DNA of 64,000 nucleotides, taken from NCBI RefSeq assembly GCF_036321535.1, contig NC_087436.1, positions 46,564,001 through 46,628,000 of the forward strand, written 5' to 3'. The notes under the pieces were generated by a model. It did not search any database. It worked only from the letters and a program-made list of their open reading frames with translations, and was not told the DNA's origin. Below are positions 36,846 through 49,312 of the stretch, piece after piece. Each line of letters opens with the position of its first letter. Position 1 is the first letter of the stretch. The position numbers and the translations under genes were made by a program. Source of the stretch: Camelus dromedarius (taxonomy: Eukaryota).

Positions 36846-39800
36846 CTGGAACTCACAGTTCTTAAACAGAAGAAAAGTGCTTTCTTATTACAGCCATGGT
36901 TTTAAAGTCCTGAATCAGGTTTTTCTTAGCAAATGAAGACATTCTGACTGGAGTGAAACAGATGTTCCGGTACACTTGCAAATGAGGTTGTTTCTGCATA
37001 TGGGACTTTTATATAAAAATCTTTTGTATAAGCAAGGATAGAAATAGAAATATTCACATTACTGATGGACACTGTATAGGCAGAGCAGGAACCTGCAAGG
37101 GAGCGGATTTGAGTCCCAGGGCTGGTCCCTGAAACCAGGGGTGGCGACCCTCAAAGTCAGAGGAATTCGACATGGGGTTTCCCAGCACAGGGAGCAGCTG
37201 GTAGTCCTACTCAAACTTACGAATGTTACAAGGAAGAACACAATTAGACTAAGGGGAACAGTGTGTTCTCCACTAAGTACTCGGTATGTTCACTGAGGTG
37301 CAAATGAGCAGGTAGACTGAGGATTCCAAAGAGAGCAGACATTTGGAAATAAAGGAAAACGTACTTCCATTCATTTCTGAGCTTGAAAGCAGTGATCTAT
37401 AACATAATGCCTCAAAATAAGCCCCTTCTGCACTCTCCAAAGTTATCCAAATTTAAAGCACACAGATAGCTTAACTCCACTCAATAATCCCCCCACAATC
37501 CCTGTTTTTCTCCTTCAAATCATACACTGTGGCTAATAGTTAGCAAAATTTGACTAACATGCATTTCACAACCTTTCCTGTGTACAGAACCTTGCTCAAC
37601 GTTACCACTACTGTAAGGAAAGGAACCAGATGGCTAAGCTTGCCAGCATTATGACTAAAAGAAGAAAAAACAAGCTCCAGATAAGCCTGGGTATTTATTA
37701 CTATAACCATTATCATCAACTTGTTACAAAAGAACATGTTTTTCTAACATTTCCCAATTTAAAGATCATTTTGCACTGATCTTGTCATCTGACTCTTATA
37801 GAATCTATAAAGACAAGCTGGGGAAAGTGACTATAAATTCTCCCCCAGGTGATGAGGGTTCTAGAATCCTGCCCCAGGCAGAAGGGGTTCATTCACCTGG
37901 GAAGATCTCGCCAGAGCTGAGGCTGCCAAGTAATGAGGAGTCACGATGCTGCTGTCAGGAGACTCAGAACCATTTTATTCAAGCTTATGACAGTGTGTAG
38001 GGAGGTGCCTTTTCTGGGCTGGGGAGTATGACCAACCACCAGCTCCAAACCCCTCCCGGGATTTCAGCGCTACTAGATCGCACTACTTCCCCGAGTCAGG
38101 GATGGGAAAGGGCCCGGTTTGGGGCCTGAAAACTTGACTAAAGTATCCTCGCCATTTACAGTAAAAACCAACACTTGTGGGACATTTACCATCTGTCAGG
38201 ACTATGTAGATAATTTATTTCCTCTCGCTCCCTCCAGAGTCAGCTACCCTGCTTTGCCTGAGGAAACCAAAGAAGAGAACATGTAAGTGATTTGACAGCT
38301 CGGAGCCAGGCCCTGAACTCACAGGCTCTACCACCAGCGTCTGATTCCCCCACCGAGCTATGCTTATCCCAGGTGGGGTCAACACAATTGGAGCAGGAAA
38401 TATTTCTGCTCCACAGTGATGGGGGGCTGGAGAGAGTCCTTTTCCAGGACGTGCCTTACAAAACCCTTTATTTAGTATGGCGTTCAAAGCCTGGCAGGTG
38501 GATGGGTGCTGGCAAATATAATGGAAAGTTGGTAACAGTCAACCAAAAGCAATAATAGGAAAACACACTGAAGTGTAAGAAAGCTGAAGAGCATCTGAGG
38601 CAGAGCAGAGTCTCCACAGGGAGAGGACTGGCAAGTCAGATTACAAGGGGACTGTTGACGTGTGAAGGAAAACACTGAGTATATGTTTTAGGACAGACAG
38701 CATTTTTTTCCCAAATAAAAACACTTCTGTATCCACGGCATTTTCAACTTTCTTAGCCAGAGGTCTTTATATAAAGTGAGGAGAAAAATGTTTAAAGCGT
38801 CTATAATCTTCATAACTGATATAAGTGATCAGTTGATTCTCTTTTAGTTAATCCCTCTGGGAAAAAGAAGGGTTGGTAGCATGGGAATTCTCAGATCTTG
38901 TATTTCTATAAAATTAAAGAGCAAAAGTCATTAATCAATGTCCATTCCAGACCAGACATTCTACATGTATAATAATAAGAACCACAACAATGATGGCTAA
39001 CACTTACTAAGCACTTGCTGTAATGCCAGGCAATGTTCTAAGTGCTTTACTGTATAATCTCATCTGATCCTCCCAACAACCTACTTTTCACCTTACTTTT
39101 CATAAAAAGGGGTTGAATACGCTACCCCAAAATCACAAAACCAGCAAACGGGGGAGCCAGGGTTTGAACCAAGCAGTCCAGACTCCAGCACCTAAACTCT
39201 TAACCCATGTATGATATGTCATTTAATTTAAGCCTCCCTGTAATCCTGTCCCCTGAGATGCTTTTTATAGCTGACAAAATTGCGGCTCAAATGGGTTAAA
39301 CAATTGAAACAAAGCTCAGTTTCACATTCAGGTCAGTCTGTCTCCAAAACTCCTTTTCCTTCTACCACGGGTTCCCTGAAAGGAAAAGAGATGCCAAAAA
39401 TGAAGACGAGAGACAGGTCTGGGAAATGAACTCTCTACAGACGCAAACCAGATGTCAGCCGAGATTTCCCCTGCCCCTTGAAATCGTGTCTACAAACCCC
39501 TTTGTACGTTTTGGGAGAAGTCCCAGGCGTGGCCCAGGGCTCTGTTTCAGCCCCCACCCCAACATCCCTGCCTCCAGTTCCTGCCTCTGCTGAACCCTCC
39601 TTCCCACTCTTCTCTGTGGACCCGGCTCCGGAACTCAGCCCCAGGGGGAGATGCACTGGACAACACTGCTATTTAAAAAAAGCTTTCCTTGGCCTATTCT
39701 TCTTCACACGGGCTGCATCTTATCCTCTCTCTCTCCATCCTCCTCTCTACGCCTTGAACCCTGCACCCCCGAAAGAATTCCTCCCACTTTCCCAGGCAAT

Positions 39801-40879
39801 TCAGTCCCAGGACCCCTCAGATCCAAGACCCTCCCCGAGGCCTACAATTTCACATCCAGAAAGCTCCTCGAGGCATGTTACTCTGCGTGGCACCTCTCAC
39901 TTGCAGAGGAGACATGACTCCAGCTTTTATAGGAGCAACCACCCCCACTACAAAACCCGCCACAGATCTTTGTAGCAAGAAAACTGTGGGCTGGGGAGGA
40001 ATTTCAAGGCAACAAAAACAGAATGTCATGAAAACCTCAACATACTTAATTTTTTTGAAGTTTATAGTATCAAGCATATAATATCAAACTAGACATCCCT
40101 TTACTTCCATTTTCAAAAATTGAACATACAGATTACATAATCTCTGCTGCCTGGTCAGCACCGTATCCCTCAGTCTCAGCCGCAAGTCTGGAAGAAAAGA
40201 ATCTCATTGGCCGAGCACCCGGCAGCCACGCGGCTCCTAAGACCTGCCAGTTCCCAGGGAGGCTGCCTGCTGGCCGCCTGCCTGGAGGCCCTGGCACTCC
40301 TATGTCCCCTGTCTATTCTTGCAGCGTCATCCAGTAGATCTGTACTCAGTCACCTCAAGAGACTGACATTTCCAAACTTTTTCACATTAGAGGACAGTAA
40401 GACACCAGCCTAATATTGCTGCATTGATGGCTTTAAAAAAAATTTTTTTTGCATTCAATTGTAACCCTCAAACAGACTTTCTCCAGGAAAAGCAGCTGAT
40501 GCTATCCGTTCCAGCCAGACCTGCAAGGTGCTGTCCATGTTAGCAGAGACTGGCTTGGCGTGTTAAGAAGAGAATAAACACAAAACTCCTAAGAGAGGAG
40601 TTTTGAGAAGAAGGCAGGTAACCACAGCAGCAGCAGGGCAGAATGGAAGGGGCACCAACTTTAGATCTCGGCCTGAGTCCACCCCAGAGCAGCTCTGTGG
40701 CCTGGAGCCAAGCAGAGGACCTTCTGGGTCTCACTTCCCTCCTCTGAAAACGAAGATAATATTATCCACCATGCTGGTATGAAGACGGCAGAGGTGTAAG
40801 TCAGAGCACGCAGCATGTACCAATGGTGTGCTGGGAGTAGCTGAATTGTTATTATACTGGTTACTAAATTTGATATTTA

Positions 40880-41480
40880 TTTTTAAAATATTTTTGAGTA
40901 CCTACTATGTGCCAGTCCCTGGACTCAACACTAAGGATACAGTGGGAAAAGGTCGGACCCAGTCTCTGGCCCACAGAACTTTAATCTGGGGGTGGAAAAA
41001 ATAAGTTTTAACCCCACTAATTTATTGATTACAATCGTGAAAAGTGCTACAAAGGGAAAGTATGGGATGCTATGAAAATACAGAACAAAGACAGGCTGGC
41101 TAGCGTTGATTTCCTAAGGGGGGATGGGGAGGGCGATGGGGGTGGGAGCCACCGCCAGTGAGCTGCGTTGGGGCTGCGACCTGCGTGGCAGGAGCGGCGG
41201 GCATAGGGTGGGCGCCAGGACGGCTCCACTGCCGGCCGGGGCCGCAGGTGAGGCGGCTCCCAGGAGGGCCAGTGCGCCTTGGCCGGAGCAAAACACAGGG
41301 AGATCGCGAGAGATGAGGCTGGGAACACTGGGCCGGCAAGCTTGGCTCGGGATCGTGGATCGTGTTCCTAAGAAGAGTGGGAAATCATGAGGAAGCATTT
41401 GCAGGGTGTGGGGTGATGCCGCTTTCAGTTATACGTGTCACTCTGGCCGCTCTGAGGGCCGGCACTGGAGGACCCCAGAG
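40880..41480 (-). mobile_element. L2 LINE fragment (centre is unusually CpG-rich)
   Basis: 'atatttttgagtacctactatgtgccag...aaggatacagtg' is the reversed L2 3' end. Confidence 0.7.
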
Positions 41481-42274
41481 GAAACCTGCAGCCTGCCGTA
41501 ATTAAGAGGCTGTTAGTATCATTCAGGCGAGAGATGGTCACCTCTTAGACTAGGAATTACAGAGATATGTTGAAAAGGCCCTGTGACTCTAGCCTGTCTC
41601 CTATTAGAATGTTTCTCAAACTTGCCTGATGTTAAGAATCTACGATGTTTGTGGAATTGAAATCCTCTCCGGGCTCCCGCTCTGCATAGGAGGCGGAACA
41701 ACTCCTGGGATCATGGGACACCCCCAGAGCATGCCACCTTTCACCTGTGTCCAGGAAGACTGGGAGCCGCGCGTCTTGCCCTCAGAGGAGAGCCTCCCAT
41801 GACCCGCTGCCTGCACGGCGCCCACTGGCTGCCCAGCTGGCAATGTCCTTCTGCCTTGAAGCCTAGCTCGGTTCATCCAAAGTATCCATGTGAATGAAGA
41901 CCCGTCAACAGCCCGCGGCCACAGCTCAGCGCCCAGGTGCTCCCCAGAAGAGAAAGGACAATCAGACATCGGACCCGGAGTTGGGGATTCCAGGCAGGTA
42001 AAAAAGAGAAGTCAGGATGCGGTACAGAGAGTGGTCAGGAAACAAAACAGCTTCCCGTGCCCCAGCCCCCGCCCCGAGGCGGAGCGAGACCGGAGCAGCA
42101 CACCAGCTGGAGTACCTCTGTGAAGAGACACTTCCCCATCACCTGTCTGATTCACCTGAGGTACACATCTTAAAGGAAGGGCAAGAAAAATGCTTCATTC
42201 TTGCCCTTTATTTATCAGTCTTCAAAATAATGGCTTTGTTTTCCAGCACCCACTGAATATAACAAATTAAGGGG

Positions 42275-42548
42275 TTTTTTTTAAACAAACTTTTTAAAAT
42301 ATTGAAAGGTTACTTTCCATGTACAGTTATTACAAAATATTAGCTATATTCCCCATGTTGTACAAGACATCCCTGAGCTTATCTTATACCCAGCAGTTTG
42401 TGCCTTTCACACTCCCACCCCTGCATTGCCCCTCCCCCCGCCCACTGGTAACCACTAGTTTGTTCCCTGTATGTGTAAGTCTGCTTCTTTTTTACTATGT
42501 TCACTGGTTTGTTGTATTTTTTAGATTTCACATATAATTGATATACAT
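42275..42548 (-). mobile_element. L1 3' fragment
   Basis: 'cccactggtaaccactagtttgtt...gtttgttgtattttttagatttcacatataa'. Confidence 0.8.
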
Positions 42549-42549
42549 T

Positions 42550-42710
42550 TAAAAAAATCTATGATGTTGGTTAAAAATATAGGTTCCCAAGCTCCAATGC
42601 AGGCGATTCCATTTCAGTGGGTCTGGAACGGAGCCTGGGAATCTGTACTTTACACAAACTTCCTGAGGGATTATTTTCATTAAGCCAGTTTGTCCGGTGC
42701 TACCCTGCAG
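42550..42710. mobile_element. MER5A-like hAT-Charlie MITE fragment
   Basis: 'ttcagtgggtctggaacggagcctgggaatctgtacttt'. Confidence 0.6.
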
Positions 42711-43180
42711 TATACACTGAGAAACAGACCTTCCTGCAAAACTTCCAGGAACAGCAGGAGTGAGGAGCAAAGGATGGAGTGAGAATCTAGCTCAACCTGC
42801 ATCCTATACAGGTCCTACAGATCTCCTTGAACCTCCCCAGCCCATCAGTTGCTGACCTGGGACTCTGGTATTTGCCCCCAATCTCTGCTAGCTCCTACAG
42901 AGGAAAAATCAAGACCTTATATGGATTTTGTCCTTGGGAAATTCTTTTTAGAATTAGCCTAGTTGTATGTGATCCAGGTGGAGTAGAAGAGAAGCTTTTT
43001 GCACTCTCTCTATCTGGTTACCTATCAGTCCACTCACACCCAGGCAGCCCAGCACAATGAGTAAGAGAACAAATTTAATAATCAGTCCCCCAGTGTTCGA
43101 GTTCTGGTTCTTTTACTTATAAAGAGAAGTTACTTAATCTTCCTCAGTTTTCTCATCTGAAAAATAAAATGATTACGGAG

Positions 43181-43580
43181 TGTTAGTTTGCTAGGTCTGT
43201 CATAATAAAGTACTGCAGACTGAATGGCTTTCCACAACAGAAATGCACTTCCTCGCAGTTCTGGGGGCTGAAAGACTGAGTCACAGTGTCGGCAGGCTTG
43301 GTTTCTTCTTGAGCCTCTTCTTGTCTTACAGATGGCCGTCTTCTCCCTGTGTCTTCGCGTTTTTTTCCCTCTGTGTATGTCGGTGTCCTCGTCGCCTCTT
43401 CTTTTAAGGATACCAGACATATTTGATTGAGGTCCACTCTAATGACCTTATTTTATCTCTTTAAAGACCCTATCTCCAAATACAGTGACAATCTGAGGTG
43501 TTGTGCATTAGAACTTCAACATATGGATTGGATGGGGCCAGGTGGGGGGTTGGCAGAGGGAGACACAATTCGGCCCGTAA
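43181..43580 (-). mobile_element. MLT1B/C-like solo LTR nested in a MIR (~43060-43680)
   Basis: 'tgttagtttgctagg...aacagaaatg...cagttctggggg...gacacaattcggcccgtaa'; MIR halves on both sides. Confidence 0.8.
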
Positions 43581-43872
43581 AAATGATATCCATCCACTAT
43601 GGCCATTGTAAGGATTAAAAGACCTAACACATGTGCTTGGCATATAGTACGTGCTCAGTAAATGTTGTCTACTGTTATCCACCCTTTCATACGAAGCAAC
43701 CGTTACGTGTACGGTACCACGGTTAAAGTGTTGGGCATGCAGAACACAAGGACATGAGGTCTCTGTCCTTGGGAAGCTTCCATTCTAGTGGGGGCCAACA
43801 AATCAGGCCAACAAAAGCGGAGACAGTGAGGAGTGCTATGATGAGACAAAAACATAGAAACGGAAAAAGCAA

Positions 43873-44823
43873 GGTGGGCATATTTTTTTCTGTAAAGGGC
43901 TAGAAAGTAAATATTTTCAGCTTTGTAAGCCACAACTACTCAACTCTGCCATTACAGAGCAAAAGCGGTCATAGATAATTCATAAACAAATGAGCAAGGC
44001 TGTGTTCCAATCAAATTTTATGAACACTGAAATTTGAGTTTTACATGGTTTTCATGTGTTGTGAAATATTATTCTTCTTTTGACTTTTTTTAACCATTTA
44101 AAAATGTAAAACCTCATTCCACTCCTGGGTATTTATCTGAAAAGAAAATCAAAACATTAACTTGAAAAAATACATGCACGCCAATGTTCATAACAGCATT
44201 ATTTATAATAGCCAAGATATGGAAGAAACCTAAGTGTCCTCAATAGATGAATGGATAAATAAGATGTGAGATAGATATATATAAATAACAGAATAATACT
44301 CAGCCATAAAAAATAGAATGAAATTTTGCCATTTGCAACAATGTGAATGGACTTGGAGAGTGTTATGCTTAGTGAATAAGTCACGCAGAGAAAGACAAAT
44401 ACTGTATGGTATCACTTATATGTGGAATGTAAAAAAGAAAGCAAACAAGTGAATGTAACAAAAAGGAAACAGACTCACAGATACAGAGATCAAAGTTGTG
44501 GTTACCAGTGGGGCGAGGGGAAGTTGGAGAGGCAAGATAGGGGTAGGGACTAAGAGGTATGAACTACTATGTATAAAATAAATAAGCTAGAAAAATATAC
44601 AATACAACACAGGAAATATAGCCAATATTTTATAATAACTATAAATGGAATATAACTTTTAAAAACTGTGAATCACTATGTTGTACACCTGAAACTTATA
44701 TAATATTGTACATAAACTTTACCTCAAATGTATATATATATTTGCCACTCTAATCTCATGGGCCATACAAAAACAAACAAGTAATAGGCAGTTTGGCCCA
44801 TGTGTCTTAGTTTTTCAATCTTG
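43873..44823. mobile_element. MER58-like hAT MITE split by an L1 insertion
   Basis: First part 43873-44112 ('ttttctgtaaagggctagaaagtaaatattttcagcttt'); resumes at ~44745-44823. Confidence 0.75.
44113..44740 (+). mobile_element. 5'-truncated L1 (ORF2 C-terminal remnant and 3'UTR)
   Basis: 'attccactcctgggtatttat...aatagccaagatatggaagaaacctaagtgtcc...gaatcactatgttgtacacctgaaact'. Confidence 0.88.
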
Positions 44824-44845
44824 ACAAACTCGAAAGTTGACACTA

Positions 44846-45240
44846 TCTGAAAGGGAAAATTTTTTTCTTTACCCATTTAGGTTCATTCATTGGAGGCTTG
44901 CAAATTAAACTGACAAAAGACAGATTAATAGGATAAAAGATAAATTTTTATTCATTTATGGGGAAACACTCTGAAAAATGTGACTCAAAGGGGTGGTTAG
45001 AATTTGGAGCTTATATACCATCTTAACAGGGGAAAGGAAGAAGAAGAAATGACATTTATGGGAAAACAACTGACTTTTAGGAAAGGTAAATGACACTTAG
45101 GGGAACAAATGGCAGCTATGATAATTTTATGACTGTGTCTGTTCAGGTGGTCTCATATCCAGGTGAGAAGAATCAGTCATCCCTGCTTGTGAAACTCTGG
45201 GGAGAAGATCTGTGATAGTTGAGTTCTTTTGGGAGGCTCT
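44846..45240 (-). mobile_element. ERV1-type LTR fragment
   Basis: 'aaattaaactgacaaaagacagattaatagg', 'gcttatataccatcttaac' (minus-strand TATA); truncated at ~45240. Confidence 0.6.
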
Positions 45241-45920
45241 GCGGTTACCAAACTCAGGTTCGACTGCTCGCCACTAGAAAGCCAATACTCAAGAGCCGAA
45301 TGTTAGTTGGAACGGAAAAGTGGCTTTACTCAGGAGGCCAGCAACCTGGCGAGAAGGAAGACACATGTCCAAAAACGAACTCTGCAATTCTACTGGACCA
45401 TGGAAGTTTTAAAGGGGAAATCATTTGGGGAGGCAGTCAGAGTCTTTGTTATTCTCTACTGTGCACAGACTTTCTTCTGACTGGTTGGCGGTGAGGTAAC
45501 AGGGAGATGCTCCAGCAATCTTGTCCTCAGCCTGAAGTTACCATCCTCCACCAGGGAGGGGGCCTTAGTGCCCACAGGAAAACTCAAAAGCATTGCTGTG
45601 CACTACTGTTTCTTGACTGCTCTCCCTTTACTTCAGCACTCTCCCTCTTCCCTAATTAGCAACTATTTGAATCTGCCCTTTGGAACTCAGGGACGGTCAA
45701 GGAGACTGAAGGAAGCCTATTTCCTACAAGCAAGAAACAGGAGACACAGAAAGGATTTGTACCCGGGAGGGCCCCACAGGGTCTTACTCTGTTTCAGTCC
45801 CCACTTTTCTTTGATATCCCTCAGTCTTGAGGAGAACATGTGTTGGACAAGAAAGGGAATCACCTTTGGGGTAGAAATGTTAATCATAAACTCAGCAGAG
45901 GAGTTCAGTTTTAGGGGGAC
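45241..45920 (-). mobile_element. ERV 3' LTR (45241-45796) with polypurine tract and ~120 bp of internal sequence
   Basis: Minus strand reads AGAAAAGTGGGGAC-TGAAAC (PPT then LTR start); TTTAAAA at 45407-45413; AGTAAA at 45325-45330. Confidence 0.78.
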
Positions 45921-45924
45921 TAGG

Positions 45925-46417
45925 TACTCCCAGGTACAAGAGCCTTTTCTTGTCCCCTGTTCCTTGTTTGCAGGCCTTCCCTGAGTCCTAAGGGGCAGAT
46001 GCAAACAGTTACTGATTAGGGAAGGAGGAACACAGGAACAAAGGAAAAGCAGTCAAGAAACAACAGTGCCCCGGTAAAGCAGAGACCAAGTTCCCCACTG
46101 TGGATACATGTAACAATCTCATGCACGTTTCTGAGTTCTGTGGGAACGAAGGCCTCCTCCCAGGTGGAGGATGGTAACTTCAAGCTGAGCACAAGATTCT
46201 GGAAACACCACCCAATCAGAAGAGAGTCACCGATCCTGCAGCCCTCTCCCTAAAAGTTTGCCTTTAAAAAACTCTTCCCTGAAAACTACCAGGGAGTTCG
46301 GGTCTTTTAAGCATGAGCCGCCCATTCTCCTTGCAATAAAGCTTTTTTTGCTCCAAACTCTGACAGTTCAGTTTGGCCTTACTGTGCATCAGACACAAGA
46401 ACTTGGGTTCAGCAACA
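45925..46417 (+). mobile_element. ERV LTR, 5'-clipped, related to the adjacent minus-strand LTR
   Basis: CCAAT 46212, TTTAAAA 46263, AATAAA 46335, terminal ...AACA 46417. Confidence 0.78.
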
Positions 46418-48677
46418 GCCGGAGAACCTCTGCTGCTGGGGCATACACTGCGCTCCTCTCTTCTTGCTTCTCACCGACAAAAAAATTAAAACCTGCCAGT
46501 TAGACTCTTCTCATCAAACTATTGACTGGACTTCTTTAAGTCCCAAACTCTTGTGGGCTATGCTTTCTCATTTCAGTCATGCACCAGTTTGTTTGACCAA
46601 GCATAGATGGTTGAGAAATCTGTGACCTTCGGGTCAGAATCCATTCAACCAGGTGAGCCAATCAATAGGGTCAGGACCAAAACTGAGCGAATAAACATCA
46701 ACTTCTGGGGAGGAGAGGTCCCCCGGTTCCCACTTCTACCAAATAGTCGTATGATGGGGAAGGACATGAGAAAATATATCAAAAATCTTTGTTTTTTTGA
46801 CAGTGTTGCACAAGGTGACCTGTTGACTTTATTTTCCTTTATTTTGGTGTTCTTACATGTCTGTCTTGTATTTAAAGACCACCTTTGGTACTTAGTTAAT
46901 ATTATATATTCCACATTGTGAAATAAGTCAAACAATGGGGAAACGATATTTTATGTAACAGTAACTTGCTTTCCCATGAAAGATAATGAGTCTAAGTATT
47001 TTTCTCCTAAAGAAATGGTTAAAATGTAATCTGCAGTCAACAGGCAAGGGCTATATGTCTCATAAGAACTTTCACCTTCAAAACAAGGTGTTCAGTCTTT
47101 AAATGGGCTTCCCCTTGCAATCAGTCAGTCAGTCAGTCAACAAAGATTTACCAGTCTACCATATGCCAAGGGCTGTGCCAGTGTTGGGGTGCATTGATGA
47201 ACAAGACAGACAAAGACCAAACAGAGGATTAAGATTGAGGAACAGGGTAGAGATTCATTTTTTTTAATTAATTAAGAACTATTTGAGACAGAATAGTCAA
47301 GAATGACCACTCTGAGGCTGACAGTAATATTTAAACTGATACTGAAGTAAATGCAGACTTTGAAGTGATTAAGAACAAGGGACACAGCCCAGCGTAGCTC
47401 TGTTATCAACATTCTGGGGTGTCTTTACATTGTTCATTCAGAGAGTTGCGGGCAAAAGACAGGTGATGTAGCACTTCTGTTTTTAATAATTACAGCTTGA
47501 ATTATCCAGTAATTTTTAGTCCTGAAAAGGGATCCAGGAAGCTACCCAGGATTCCTGAGAAGTCTCTCCATCTAATGAGACAGTCTGGTAATTTCCTAGT
47601 TTTTTATTGTTGGTTCAATAGAAATATTTCAAAGTGGCATGTGACCACTTGATGCAGAGTCTGGGTTTCTCTATAATAAATCCCTTTGCCAAAAGCAGGA
47701 GCTGCAGGCTTGCTGCTGGCAAGAGTGAAGCAGATGGGTGAGTAAAGCCATCCTCATGTGGGAGCAGTTTCCTCTAGGAGCTCAGTCTTGATATAAGGCA
47801 CAGTGCGCTCCCAGGAGGGTGACAGTGCCACCTGACAGGGCCTGCCAGCCGTGCCTGGGCAATAACGTCAGCATTATCTGAGGTGGCTGGCAGGATGCCT
47901 ACCTTCTGGTGTGTTTGGGTGAGTGGCTGAGCCAGCCAAGGAGAGGCTGTATGATTGAGAAACCAAGGATTCTTGGTTAGACTGAAGACTTCATTTGGGA
48001 ATCTAAAATCTTAAATAATCTGTTGGACTTGAGCCATATATTTCCCCTGAAGAGTAATGTGCTTTTTTCCAGCAAAATTTTGTTGACGGTTATGTTATTA
48101 AGGAATGAACTGAGATGAATATCTGGAAATGTTATTTAATGGCATACTGTCCTAAAAATCTGAAGACCTGCAGGAGATTTAAAAATCCTAACCCGTGTTA
48201 TAACTTTTTAAAAGATTGTGAAATTATCAAAATGCACATGAATCAAATTTTAATATACTGTATGGTGGGTGGGTGAGGCTGTCTGTTGTACTGTTTCTTT
48301 CTCCGAATTCTCAGGCATGGTTTGGCACTGCAAGAACTCTATAACGTTAACAAATTCAATAAAGTAAATACATGGAAATTTAAAAAAGGGGGGGGGGGTT
48401 ACGGGTATGGTGTGTGTATTGGGTGGGAGAGGAAGTATCCAAAATGAGCCTAGAGAAGAAAGCTGGATGTCATTGATGGGTTTTAAGGAGGGAGAGGATG
48501 TGATCAACTCCCCAGGGCAGGAAGGGGAAGCAAAGAAATGAGTTACAGAACGAGCTGGCATAGGTCTTGGGCGAGAGGCAGAAGGCTTACACAGGCTGAA
48601 AGTAGATAGGGTGTTACCAGATAGATTTAAATTGTATTTTGAAGTGGAGGCAACAGGGCTTAAAAATAATTTGACAC

Positions 48678-48831
48678 GACATGGGAGAAGATAGCTCAGT
48701 GGTAGAGTGCCTGCCTAGCATGCACAAGGTCCTGGGTTTAATCCCCAGCACCTCCACTTAAAAAATAAGTAAATAAATAAACCTAAGTAGCTCCTCCCCT
48801 AAAAAAAAAAGAAAATAATAATAATAATAAT
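48678..48831 (+). mobile_element. tRNA-derived SINE (vic-1 type) inserted in an L2 relic
   Basis: A/B boxes; TSD AATAATTTGACA at 48665-48676 and 48832-48843. Confidence 0.88.
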
Positions 48832-49011
48832 AATAATTTGACATGGGGATGGAGCTGAGAAAAAAATAAGAATTATCCAAGACTCCTAGGTTTCTGGCTT
48901 GGGATCATTTCCCTCAGTTTATTTCCTTCAAAGCACTTATCAACAATTAAAACAACTTAAGCCATTATTTTGTTAATTTTTTGTTTCTCTACTCACTCTG
49001 TCCATCTAGAA

Positions 49012-49312
49012 TAATGCTGTCCAATGGAAAAGTAATGCAAGCCACATATGTAATTTTAAATTTGCTATTAGTCACACTTAAAAAGATGTGATATTAATTT
49101 TCATGATATTTTACTTAATCCAAAATATCCAAAATATTATTTCAATAAGCAAATAATATAAAAACTTAATGAGAGGTTTTACTTTTCTTTTTGTATTGAG
49201 TCTTCAAACTACAATATGCATTTTATACCAACAGACATCTCATTACAGACTAGCTGCATTTCAAGTCCTTAATAATCACCTGTGGCTGGTGGCTACATAC
49301 TGGACAGTGCAA
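49012..49312. mobile_element. MER33-like hAT-Charlie MITE nested in L2
   Basis: Inverted termini tgctgtcca.../...tggacagtgca; flanking ATCTAGAA/ATCTAGCA resembles an 8-bp TSD. Confidence 0.78.

Noticed and set aside
39478..39975. 165-aa Pro/Ser-rich ORF
   Set aside because: TTG start in C/T-rich low-complexity DNA depleted of stops; no homology recognised.
45568..45984. 138-aa ORF in the LTR cluster as a possible retroviral gene
   Set aside because: Lies antisense within an LTR; no gag, pol or env motifs.
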